Source: Nitrosopumilus sp. (GTDB taxonomy: Archaea; Thermoproteota; Nitrososphaeria; Nitrososphaerales; Nitrosopumilaceae). Taken from it: a DNA stretch of 64,000 nt. This document shows positions 32,606-42,059 of the stretch, in pieces (the stretch's first letter is position 1; every line of letters begins with the position of its first letter). The notes below the pieces were generated by a model, which made no database searches, was not told the origin of the DNA, and saw only the letters and a list, made by a program, of their open reading frames with translations. The translations under genes and the position numbers were made by a program. The stretch lies in the NCBI GenBank assembly GCA_965214775.1, contig OZ243974.1:1088001-1152000 (forward strand), in the 5' to 3' direction.

Positions 32606-33578
32606 CTAGACCTTATGCGTAATCGACTGGATCGAAATATTACGTTTGCAAGCTGACCATGCATGCAGGACCGGCAGCGTCATACGGCATGTGCAAAGAC
32701 GGCAGAGGACGCCGCACCGCATGTCATGAGCCCGTCTGGCTGACAAAAACCATGGTAACGTGCGGCATCGTGTGGCGCCGCAGTGCGCTCCGTACCGCGA
32801 TATCAGAACCCAAGCATGAGCTTCTTGTTCTGCTCATCCCACAGCGTCCTAAAGTTGGCAAGCCCGGCTGTCACCTGGAACTCCCGGTCGAAATCCTCGG
32901 CGGTCCCGTCGTACGGGTCGCGCATCCGCTTGTACTGCTTTACCAGCCATATGGCATGCTCGACTGTCACTCTCTTGCTGCTTGTCCTCCTGTTCTGTGT
33001 ATGCTGTTTCTTTGTAAGTTTGCCCCCCTTTGGCTTCTTGTGGGGCTGCATGGATATGACCCCGGGATACATTTTTTTGATTCCAAGGTACCCAAGATCC
33101 GATAACAGTTTTACCTTCTCGTCATCGGGATGCTTCCTGTTGCTGCGCATCCTGGCAGTCAGGATTCCCAGCTCCGGGGGAGGGGCTGTCCCTTATCATG
33201 GTGAGGTCGTGCGTGCTTCCCGGAGCCGACTTGCTTGCGTATATTATCAGCCTGTCCTTGTTGGTCATTACCTGGACGTTGCGCGTAAAACTCTTCTTCT
33301 TGCCAGAGTACGCCCTCCTTTCTTGGCTCCCTGTCTGTGGGGCGCTGTATGTCTATGTGCGTGCCGTCAACGGCTACGGTCAGGTCGGGGACGATCTTCA
33401 TCAGATCCTCTATGGTGCATGTGTTTCGTATATTCTGCGACATTTTATCCGGCGTGGGCAGTATCTCAAGGAATATGATGTCAGAAAACTTGATGTACCT
33501 GCATACGGTGCTCTGGTCTATGCCAAAGAATGCCGCCAGCTGCTCCTATACTGACGATCATTGAAAATTTCGCCTTCT

Positions 33579-34565
33579 TTACACGCGGCGCTCAAGATAT
33601 TTGTAGATGTCAACTTTAATGGAACACGTCCTAAAGTATTCTGAGACGGCTCTTTTGAGGTGATCTGCCGTATCGTAAAAGGCAGATGTGACCAGCCTGT
33701 ACTTGGCATCCTTCCAGATTGGCTCTATGCCACTCAGCTCCGGCCTAGCTACCGGCAGGTACAGCAGGACAACGTCGGGATTTTTCTTCAGGTACCTGCG
33801 AACCCTTCCGGTCTTATGCTGTGATGCGTTGTCCATCACCATCAGTACCTTTCCCCACTTTTTGCGCGCCTGCTTGAGATAACGCACAAAGTTTATGCTG
33901 TTGAACTTGTCGTATGTGTGCATCAGCCTGGTTCCGTCGTCTGCAACCGTTCCGTATACCACGACGCGCTCCCTTCTGCCGGATCGTTGCACCTCGATCC
34001 TGTCCCCCACTGGCGACCAGAACTTTCTGCCGTCCCTTCCCGTACTGACGAATATCGACTCGTCCTGTACGGTTATCCTGAATCCGCGCCTTTTTGCAAG
34101 CCTAATCGTGTCTTTTGCCTCCCTTTGCCATCGTCTTACCTCCTTTGCGTCGGCAGCATTTGCCAGCTTGGTAGTTGACGTCTTTAGCGAGAATCCCATC
34201 GTGCGCAGGATTCTTCTGATGCTTCCAACGCTGTATGTGACATGCAGTTTGCGGCGCACCCAGTTGCGCATCTTCTTTGGGGTGAGCTTTTCCATCCTGC
34301 GCAGCCTCGTGGCGATCTTTTTTATCCTGCCGACTGGGACCTTTGGCTTTTTCCCCCTGTTGGGGGAGTCACGGAGACCGTCAACGCCGTCAAGCTCAAA
34401 CCTCTCAACCCACATCTGTACTGTACGCTGTGTCACGTCGGCAATCTCTGCGGTCTGTGCAGTGGTGTTGCCAAGCAGTACGGAGCGCACCGCTAGGATT
34501 CTGGTATAAACCCTGTTATCCTTTTCGACACGCATGGCATCCGTGAGGATTTTCGTCTTGTTCAT
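33579..34565 (-). CDS. IS630 transposase
   Basis: VQDES, MDNASQH, PELSGIEPIW. Confidence 0.9.
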   Translation of the reverse strand: MNKTKILTDAMRVEKDNRVYTRILAVRSVLLGNTTAQTAEIADVTQRTVQMWVERFELDGVDGLRDSPNRGKKPKVPVGRIKKIATRLRRMEKLTPKKMRNWVRRKLHVTYSVGSIRRILRTMGFSLKTSTTKLANAADAKEVRRWQREAKDTIRLAKRRGFRITVQDESIFVSTGRDGRKFWSPVGDRIEVQRSGRRERVVVYGTVADDGTRLMHTYDKFNSINFVRYLKQARKKWGKVLMVMDNASQHKTGRVRRYLKKNPDVVLLYLPVARPELSGIEPIWKDAKYRLVTSAFYDTADHLKRAVSEYFRTCSIKVDIYKYLERRV

Positions 34566-34705
34566 GTCAGAAGGGCCATGGCGGAGATCTCCCATATGAA
34601 ATCGTACCAGATCCTACCGTGGACCCTTGCCAGCGTGATGTTCCGAATCAGGACAATGTTGCTATGCGATGCATCCTCTTATACTTTCTCTGCGTGAGAG
34701 TCTTG

Positions 34706-35746
34706 TCTATCATACGAAAATTAGTTCCGCCTAAGATCAGGCGTACTTTGAAGGATTATTTTAGGCTGTACCGATCAAAAAACGTGAGGAAAAAATTGGA
34801 GGAAAAGTCGCTCCGGTACATAGAAAAGCAGAGGAAAAAGGGCGTGCCTGCAAAGCAGATAGCCCGGGAGCTGGGCATCAGCGACAGGTATGTCAGGAAG
34901 ATATGGGCCAGATTCCGCAGCTCCGGCACAGTCCTGCCACGGAGCGGGGCAGGAAGGCCCTGCATGGACACGGATCCCGTGGATGTGGAGGCGGTCCTTG
35001 ACGCATATGCGCGGATGCCGTCGGGTGTGGAGAGGCTGGCATTGCGCATGAGGGCCGCAGGCAGGCAGATAAGCTACCATGCAGTATACAGGATCATGAA
35101 GGCCGAGGGAATAACGGACGGCTCGCCTGCCAGACCCAGACAGCTCAAGTGGCTGCGCTATGAGCGCAAGTACTCCAATGCAATGTGGCACGTGGACTGG
35201 CACGAAATGAAGGATTCACGCCTAGAAAAACTCAATCTGGTGGCATATCTTGACGATTCCTCGCGGTGCATAACCGGATTTGGCGTCTTTGAGCGCGCGA
35301 CCTCGGAGAACGCAGTCCTGGTGCTGCGCAAGGCCATCAAAGAGTTCGGGACGCCGGCCCAGGTACTCTCGGACAACGGCAGCTGCTTTACGTCAGCCAG
35401 GCGCGGTACCCCAAGGGGCAGCTGGACGCCCACGCTGTTTGAGAACGAGCTGCTAGAGCACAGCATCGTCCTGCTCAACTCGCGTCCGCATCACCCCCAG
35501 ACCAACGGCAAGTTGGAGAGGTGGTTCAGAACGCTTGAGAAGGAGCTGACGCACTTTGAGAAGGTAGACGAGTTCATCGAGTTCTACAACGAGCACAGGA
35601 CGCACTGGTCGCTTGACATCAAGCGTGCAGAGACTCCCAGAATGGCGTTCCGGAGCCGGGAGGCCACAGAAGCGATCAGGAAAAGCGACCCCAAATGGAT
35701 GGAGAAGGATACTAATGAGGGGCGGAACTAATTTTCATATGAAACA
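34706..35746 (+). mobile_element. IS481-family element
   Basis: GAAAATTAGTTCCGCC inverted ends; 15-bp duplication TGCGTGAGAGTCTTG. Confidence 0.92.
34784..35731 (+). CDS. IS481 transposase (rve integrase core)
   Basis: WHVDW, LDDSSR, SDNG, PQTNGKLER. Confidence 0.92.
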   Translation: MRKKLEEKSLRYIEKQRKKGVPAKQIARELGISDRYVRKIWARFRSSGTVLPRSGAGRPCMDTDPVDVEAVLDAYARMPSGVERLALRMRAAGRQISYHAVYRIMKAEGITDGSPARPRQLKWLRYERKYSNAMWHVDWHEMKDSRLEKLNLVAYLDDSSRCITGFGVFERATSENAVLVLRKAIKEFGTPAQVLSDNGSCFTSARRGTPRGSWTPTLFENELLEHSIVLLNSRPHHPQTNGKLERWFRTLEKELTHFEKVDEFIEFYNEHRTHWSLDIKRAETPRMAFRSREATEAIRKSDPKWMEKDTNEGRN

Positions 35747-35944
35747 TGCGTGAGAGTCTTGCTCTGAGTGCGGTACTCTTCTCCGGTGGTCAGCATGTGC
35801 CAGATTATCTCCAGCATATGCCTTGCAACTGCAATCTTTGCCTTCTGCCATCCTCGTCTCTTTCTTATCCTTTCATATATAGAACCAAGTCTTGAGTCGT
35901 TTCGTACTGCTGTGGCCGAGTTGATCATGTTATCACCTCCTTTT

Positions 35945-36122
35945 TGATCAAAATGCCTGATCCGGGCGGAATCTCCCATTCACCGTCTGCGCGGTATATT
36001 GCTTTCCGCCTGCTGTTACGAGTCAGTCTATAAAACACCCTTGTACATGGTAAGATCACATCGACTCTCAGGCCCAACGATAATTGTATATCACAGGATA
36101 CTGATAAGATTTCATATAGCGT
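35945..36122 (-). ncRNA. Putative IS110 bridge RNA (copy 2 leader)
   Basis: Guides GTGATCT and TTTATAG match both halves of the target GAGAT-CT-ATAAA; ATGGGAG matches the element's own right end. Confidence 0.8.
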
Positions 36123-36820
36123 CTATAAACCTTCACAAGACGTGTAATCAGGCGAAATTTTCAATGATCGTCAGTATAGATGAGGTTTCCGCGCTTGCGC
36201 ATCAGGGCCAGCAGGAAGGCGTGTCTGTAGGACAACTTGCACCGGTTTCCGGGCCCGTCGTCCTCGTCCTCAGAAAACAGGGGGGCACTCTGTATGCTTT
36301 TTGGCCTTCTCCGTATACAGGTTTAATATATATTCAAACTGACGCAGGTTCAGGGACGTGGTGGCCTGCAGGGATTCGCTACCGATTATGATGTCATCAA
36401 GCACCTCGAGCCTGTGCATGAACGCGGCGTTCTCTGCGGTATGCCTTTTGTCATTCCATGTTACAGGCCAGAACCCGCGCTCAAAGTCCAGCCTCTGGTT
36501 TAACTGCCCTATCTTGTCCTGGGCCTGCTCGTACATTTGCCTGTACTGTGCATTCTCCCTCCCTTGCTGCCTGGCCTCCCTCTTGTCCTGAATCTTCTCC
36601 TGCCTGTGCCTTTGCCTGTACTGCTCATTCGCTTTCCTCAGTTGCCGTATAAGCACGGTCTCGGACTTTGCCATCACTCCTGTTCGAGGATGGATCCCGG
36701 ATCTAAATCAACCGACTGAAAATAGTTGCAGTTTTGATCAAATATTTTGGACAATGCGAGGCGCTGCCTGCCAGCCTGATGCATGATCAGCTTGCAAACA
36801 GGATATTTCGATCCGGGCGA

Positions 36821-37306
36821 TTACGCATAAAGTCTATTATATTTTTTATAGAAATCGATTGCATCTTTGGTAAATAATACGATGTATCTACAGCCAATTT
36901 TTTCTGATACAATTCTAGCTAGTCCATTGCACCACATTAGTACATATTTTCCAAATCCTTTTCCTCGCAATCTTTTATCAATACAAAAATCAAGAATTAT
37001 CATGGAAGGAAAGAATGCACCATCACGAGTAGGAGCTCTCTTTTTTGGAACAATCTCATCTTTGTGAATGTTTGATGAAGCCAGAGTTACATAACCTATT
37101 GTTTTGTTTTTGTAATTAACAAGATATGTTGTACCCAAATGCGCCTTTTGATTCTTCAACGCTCTTTTTTCAATAAAGTTTTGTAAAAATTGAGAATCTT
37201 GACCTTTGTTATCTGTGCAATCAAGACATGGTTTAGTTTTTGAGTTTATTTGTGGAAAACTAAAAGCAGTTGTATCAATTACATCTTTTCTGGAAGAGCC
37301 ACTCAC
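36821..37306 (-). CDS. GNAT acetyltransferase (TacT/AtaT-like putative toxin), C-terminus clipped by the IS5 end
   Basis: IGYVTL, RGKGFG, AIDFYKK; last codons lie inside the IS terminus. Confidence 0.75.
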   Translation of the reverse strand: MSGSSRKDVIDTTAFSFPQINSKTKPCLDCTDNKGQDSQFLQNFIEKRALKNQKAHLGTTYLVNYKNKTIGYVTLASSNIHKDEIVPKKRAPTRDGAFFPSMIILDFCIDKRLRGKGFGKYVLMWCNGLARIVSEKIGCRYIVLFTKDAIDFYKKYNRLYA

Positions 37307-37357
37307 AAAATTGTGAAAGTATGCAGGTAATTATTTTTTGCTTTGCTGAGGAATTGG

Positions 37358-37495
37358 CTATGAGCAATTATTGCGATAAAATTCTTCAGATTCTGCCATG
37401 AATTGTCGTTCTTTTTTTGTAGATTTGCTTTTTTGATATTTATCAAAAGACTTTGCATTTTTATCCTTTAGAACTATAGGATCATTTGGATTCAT
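37358..37495 (-). CDS. 45-aa putative antitoxin (absent from the ORF track)
   Basis: MNPNDPIVLKDKNAKSFDKY...; directly upstream of the GNAT gene. Confidence 0.5.
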   Translation of the reverse strand: MNPNDPIVLKDKNAKSFDKYQKSKSTKKERQFMAESEEFYRNNCS

Positions 37496-37552
37496 TCCAA
37501 CATCGTCTCCAGTATAGAGGGACTTTCTATGCTCTTAAATTAAGCATTTCAT

Positions 37553-37674
37553 CAGTCTTCCCAAAAGTAACCCAAAAAACGGCTCCAAACCGTGAAACAG
37601 TTCAAGCCCAACTGCCTGCAGATCCGCATGTCACCTACTGCACCGCCGTGAGTTGGTTACTTCTGGGAAGACTG
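37553..37674. mobile_element. MITE family B
   Basis: CAGTCTTCCCA...TGGGAAGACTG. Confidence 0.88.
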
Positions 37675-37686
37675 TATATGCTAGAA

Positions 37687-37823
37687 GACATATATGTTGG
37701 TAGACATATCATGGGATCTTGCCTCGATGGTATGGCTGATCAGTATCTTCATGATCATACTCCCACGTCGCATCCCCGTGAGGCACAAATATCCGCCGAC
37801 ATATATGTCAGTAGACATATATG
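37687..37823. promoter_or_regulatory. Repeated palindromic GACATATATGTY motifs upstream of an ATPase gene
   Basis: Units at 37687, 37703, 37798 and 37814 (two pairs with 16-bp period); regulatory role inferred. Confidence 0.5.
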
Positions 37824-37844
37824 ATGATAAACATAGTGTAACGC

Positions 37845-39011
37845 ATGTCAGTGATTGGCAGGCCTCCGGAAGACCCCGTAGACAGGGAAGAGGAGGTCGG
37901 TAAGATCGTAGGTGCCATGACAGACCCAAAGACCAATGCAAATTATGCGCTTGTCGGACATAGAAGAATAGGCAAGTCAACCATACTAGCAAAGGTCAAA
38001 AGGATTCTAGATGAGAACAATCAGGTAATTATAGGATACGTCGATCTTGGCGAGTTCCGACATTCCCCAGTTGAGTTTGCAGAGACATTGACAGAAAGCC
38101 TGACAGAGTCATATTCCAAGACCCTTCCAAGAACTTCCAAGGTAATCCAGTCGATCACATCGGCAATATCTCAGATCAAGGAGATCAAGAGGCTGCGTGC
38201 CAGGTTCACTGCAAGTGTAGATGTGATGGGAAATCCAAAAATAGAGATCGACCCCCTTGTCAAGAGCAGAACAAAAGATCATGCAAAATCCCTCTTCAAT
38301 GTATTTGACTATGCAAATGAGCTGTCGCAGATATCAAAAAAGAGGGTACTGGTAATCATAGACGAGTTTCAGCACATTATAGACTACAGGAAGATGGAGG
38401 GGCTTGAGAGAATACATGACATACTCAAGACAATTATTGAAAAAAGAACCAACGTATCATTTGTGGTAAGCGGCTCTAGGGTTCATTACCTTCAAAACAT
38501 TCTGGGAGGGGGTACAAGTCCACTGTTTGGTCATTTTGTGATTCTTGACATAGAACCTTTGGAGAAAAAATACGCAATTGAGCTGTTTGCAAAGTCCAGC
38601 AGAGACCCGGCTAGTAGGGAAACCGCAGAGGCCGCATTTGAGGAGGTGGGAGGACATCCCTACTATCTTGTAATGCTTGCAGAGGGGAGAAAAAAAGACG
38701 AGTTGGTTCATGATGCATACATGCGGCTGCTTACGAGGCCGACTGGCGCGATATACCTGTATGTCAACTATGTCCTGACTGAGAACCTTGGAGCAAGCTA
38801 CAAAAGCACCAACTATCCCCCAATACTGGTGTCGCTTGCAATGGGAGCAAAACCAGTCTCTGAGATAGCAAGGGACGCACAAATCAGGATGACGGATTTG
38901 CCAAGACTGCTAAACACGCTGATCGAATATGACATCATAGGAAAATCAGGTAAAAAATACTTCATAGCAGACAAGGTGGTACGGGACTTTTTCTGCCAAG
39001 CGGGCGCGTAG
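37845..39011 (+). CDS. Archaeal AAA ATPase with C-terminal winged HTH
   Basis: GHRRIGKS, IIDEFQ, SGS, GGHPYY. Confidence 0.88.
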   Translation: MSVIGRPPEDPVDREEEVGKIVGAMTDPKTNANYALVGHRRIGKSTILAKVKRILDENNQVIIGYVDLGEFRHSPVEFAETLTESLTESYSKTLPRTSKVIQSITSAISQIKEIKRLRARFTASVDVMGNPKIEIDPLVKSRTKDHAKSLFNVFDYANELSQISKKRVLVIIDEFQHIIDYRKMEGLERIHDILKTIIEKRTNVSFVVSGSRVHYLQNILGGGTSPLFGHFVILDIEPLEKKYAIELFAKSSRDPASRETAEAAFEEVGGHPYYLVMLAEGRKKDELVHDAYMRLLTRPTGAIYLYVNYVLTENLGASYKSTNYPPILVSLAMGAKPVSEIARDAQIRMTDLPRLLNTLIEYDIIGKSGKKYFIADKVVRDFFCQAGA

Positions 39012-39130
39012 GCCAACCCCTGGTGCGGACCCCAAAAAAGAAGGAACGATCAGCAATGCACACTTTTTTTAGTTTGGAGGTCGAATCACAAATATGATCA
39101 AGAAAATATAGAGTACACAGGACAAGATAG

Positions 39131-39755
39131 GGATGGTCATGAAGCATCTCAACACCAACATCGAAACAGCAGAGTTGTGTAGCCGCCACAACCTCTCCCC
39201 AAGGACGTTTTACCAGTGGAGGGAGCGCTTTTTGCAGGCCGGACGCGCATCGCTGTTATAGTGCGTGCAGTTGAAAATGGAATATTTTTTTGGTGAAATA
39301 GGCACGATGTGTCAAAATCGTATTCCATTTTTTTATGTATTGACTACATCAGTATGTGGTCACGTCCCCTTGCTAGCTAGGCACGAAGATTACAATCATT
39401 CATGCTAATTTGTGCCTGACTGATGGGGGTAGGTGACCTCGTACCTTAATTCAGTCAAATGATCATTCTCTAGTCATGTTGGGAGATGAAGAATTAGACA
39501 GTGCCTAGAAAACAACAAGTATTTTCTCTTTTCTATGTATGTACAATTTTGTTTCATATGAAAATTGGTAATAGGATAGCCCTGCCTAGAGTTGGAGTCA
39601 CGCCCCTTGCCGGACATGCATGAAAATCACAACTGCAGGCAGATTCGTGCCTGATTACTGCCTAGGCAGGAGCTATCCTGTTACAGCAGAAATAATTGAG
39701 GTTTTTTACGTGTAGTTATAACCTACTTTGACTCAAAGACTTCTGTCCGTTGCTA
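39131..39755. mobile_element. MITE/IS remnant cluster: IS3-type HTH fragment, MITE A (39258-39347), E (39352-39444), IS481 end, F (39568-39684), IS630-derived MITE
   Basis: Each piece matches other copies in the window; fragment AELCSRHNLSPRTFYQWRERF. Confidence 0.8.
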
Positions 39756-39912
39756 TATAAGGTGTTACAAAACACCTAAACGTGAAATTGGTAGGAGAAT
39801 TGACGGTTAGCTATGACGGTGCTCTGGTTAAACCTTTGTCATTTGCCAATTATCTTTCACTAGACTTGGAAAAGATTTTAAGTCCTTTACTAATCCTTGG
39901 AGATCATAATTT

Positions 39913-41310
39913 GTGATTACAATGGATGCTTTAATTAAAAAGTCTACCAACTTGAACGGAAAAATACGAGTTCCTGGTTCTAAATCCTACACTCACAGAG
40001 TGATTGCAGCTGCCTCTCTCTATGGAAGCAATACATTAATTCGAAACCCGTCAAACTCTGATGCAAACGATGCCATGATTAAAGCATGTAGACAATTTGG
40101 CGCCTCTGTTGAATGGGATGGAAACAATATCAGGGTCAAGGGCGTAAAGGGTCATCCTACTCCGGACAAGCCCATTGATGTTGGTAATTCTGGAACTGCT
40201 ATGAGAATTGCAGTGGCTTTGGCGAGCTTGGCAAAAGGCAACTTGATAATAACAGGTGATCCTTCTTTACAAAACAGACCCACCAGGCCTTTGCTTGACG
40301 CTTTAAGGACCCTGGGTGTTGATTTGACTGGAATTTGTAAACAGACTGATGACGGCATTCAAGAATTTGCTCCAATTACAATCAATGCAACCGGTAGTGT
40401 AAGGGGCGGAAAAGTAGAGATATCTTGTAAAGAAAGTTCCCAATATCTGACTGCATTACTACTTGTTGGCAACTTTGCACAAAACGATGTTGAAATTACA
40501 GTAGCAGACACTGTTGTTTCTAAACCATATGTTAGAATGACTCTGGAAGTATTGCGTAAATTTGGACTAGACATCCGTGCTTCAGACGATTTAATGACAT
40601 ACAAAATCAAATCACAACAAGACTATCACAAGCCAGACAATTATGACATACCTGGGGATTATTCACAAGCCGCATTCCCGTTGGCAGCCGCATGCCTGGT
40701 CAATTCCGACATTAGAGTAAAAGGATTGGATCCAAATGATCAACAAGGCGATAAGATTATTGTGGATATTCTTAGGAGAATGGGTGCAATAATTGAAGAA
40801 GACGGTGATGACCTTGTTGTAAAAGGATCATTTGATCTGCGTGGAATTGAGGTTGATCTGATTGATGCCCCTGACCTATTTCCCGTACTGTCTGTATTGG
40901 GAATTTATGCTAACGGAAAAATGCGGTTGTACAACATGCCGCAAATTCGCTCCAAGGAGACTGATAGAATTGCAGTAATTGAACGCGAGTTGACAAAATA
41001 CGGAGTTAGAATAGAATCAAAGCATGATGAAATGACTGTATACCAGACTGACTTGCCTGAAAAAGAGTACGTGTTTAGTGCAAAAGGTGATCAGGGAGTG
41101 ACTGACCACAGAGTTGCCATGGCGTTATCCTTAATTGGCATTCGTAGCGGCTGTTCTGTCATTAAAGAAGCACACAAAATCGACGTTTCATATCCTGATT
41201 ATCTAGATGACATGGAGAGTATTGGAGTCAACATAGACAGAACGGGCTCAGAGACACCGTCAATTGATGCCAAACCAAAAAATGAAGTTACTCCCAATCT
41301 GGAAATGTGA
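39913..41310 (+). CDS. aroA: EPSP synthase
   Basis: PGSKSYTHR, GNSGTAMR, SSQYLTALL, KETDRI, DHRVAM. Confidence 0.93.
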   Translation: MITMDALIKKSTNLNGKIRVPGSKSYTHRVIAAASLYGSNTLIRNPSNSDANDAMIKACRQFGASVEWDGNNIRVKGVKGHPTPDKPIDVGNSGTAMRIAVALASLAKGNLIITGDPSLQNRPTRPLLDALRTLGVDLTGICKQTDDGIQEFAPITINATGSVRGGKVEISCKESSQYLTALLLVGNFAQNDVEITVADTVVSKPYVRMTLEVLRKFGLDIRASDDLMTYKIKSQQDYHKPDNYDIPGDYSQAAFPLAAACLVNSDIRVKGLDPNDQQGDKIIVDILRRMGAIIEEDGDDLVVKGSFDLRGIEVDLIDAPDLFPVLSVLGIYANGKMRLYNMPQIRSKETDRIAVIERELTKYGVRIESKHDEMTVYQTDLPEKEYVFSAKGDQGVTDHRVAMALSLIGIRSGCSVIKEAHKIDVSYPDYLDDMESIGVNIDRTGSETPSIDAKPKNEVTPNLEM

Positions 41311-41329
41311 AAAGACCTGCGATTGCTGG

Positions 41330-41843
41330 TAACAGCTCGGGCTCTGGGTGCAGTCCATGATTTCATGCGCGAATCTGCCCGGGAGGTTCTCCAAGATGGC
41401 AAAACTCATCCCTGAACTTCCAGAACCCGAGCTGTTGCCTCCAAAGCCGCACCTGTGGGTTCTGTGCAATCTTCGACACCTGAAATGTGGATCTTCTCCT
41501 GATTGAAACGATGGTATTCTGGACACGGTAGACCTCATGCGTAATCGGTTCAGATCTGGGATTATTACGAACAAATTCATCTCACTCGGGTCAATTACGC
41601 ATAAAGTCTAGCTTTTGATGCCAGATCCACGCACCGTCCTTGTTTCCACTGACTGATGCTGATGCGGCCCCTGATTCTGGCCGGTCTTGCATACTCAGAC
41701 AGGGGGCTAGTGATTTTTCGTACAGTCTTCCCAAAAGTAACCCAAAAAGCGGCTCCAATCTTGAAACCGTTCAAACCAAGCTTCCTGCAGATCCACACAT
41801 TGCCGTCTCAACTGCCACGAGTCGTGTACATCTGGGAAGACTG
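41330..41843. mobile_element. MITE cluster: D (41330-41437), H (41529-41609), B (41723-41843)
   Basis: Family termini recognisable in each piece. Confidence 0.8.
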
Positions 41844-41865
41844 TGCATGCACAAGTACATTACAG

Positions 41866-42043
41866 ACGCTATATGAAATCTTATCCGTATCCTGTGATAT
41901 ACAATTACCGTTGGGCCTGAGAGTCGATTGGAACTTACCATGTACAAGGGTGTCTTACAGACTGACTCGCAACAGCAGGCGGAAAGCAATATACCGCGCA
42001 GACGGTGAATGGGAGATTCCGCCCGGATCAGGCATTTTGATCA
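41866..42043 (+). ncRNA. Putative IS110 bridge RNA (copy 1 leader)
   Basis: TTACAG at 41955-41960 equals the flank at 41860-41865; stems GAGTC/GACTC and GGCGGAA/TTCCGCC. Confidence 0.78.
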
Positions 42044-42059
42044 AAAAGGAGGTGATAAC

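Larger units (their letters stand above)
34591..36122 (-). mobile_element. Internally deleted IS110 element (copy 2; 476 bp without the IS481 insert)
   Basis: CT core on both sides; sub-terminal ATATGAAATC inverted repeats; MIN fused to the C-terminal ...AKIAVARHMLEIIWHML. Confidence 0.85.
33549..36176 (-). mobile_element. IS630-family element (second type) with IS110 and IS481 inside its 5' end
   Basis: TACTGACGATCATTGAAAATTTCGCC inverted ends; TA duplication. Confidence 0.9.
32608..36835 (-). mobile_element. IS5/ISL2-like element with decayed transposase (pieces 36270-36677, 33159-33546, 32803-33150), hosting nested elements
   Basis: AGACYTTATGCGTAATCG inverted ends; AVDGT, SDLGY and RVTVEHAI fragments. 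Confidence 0.85.
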
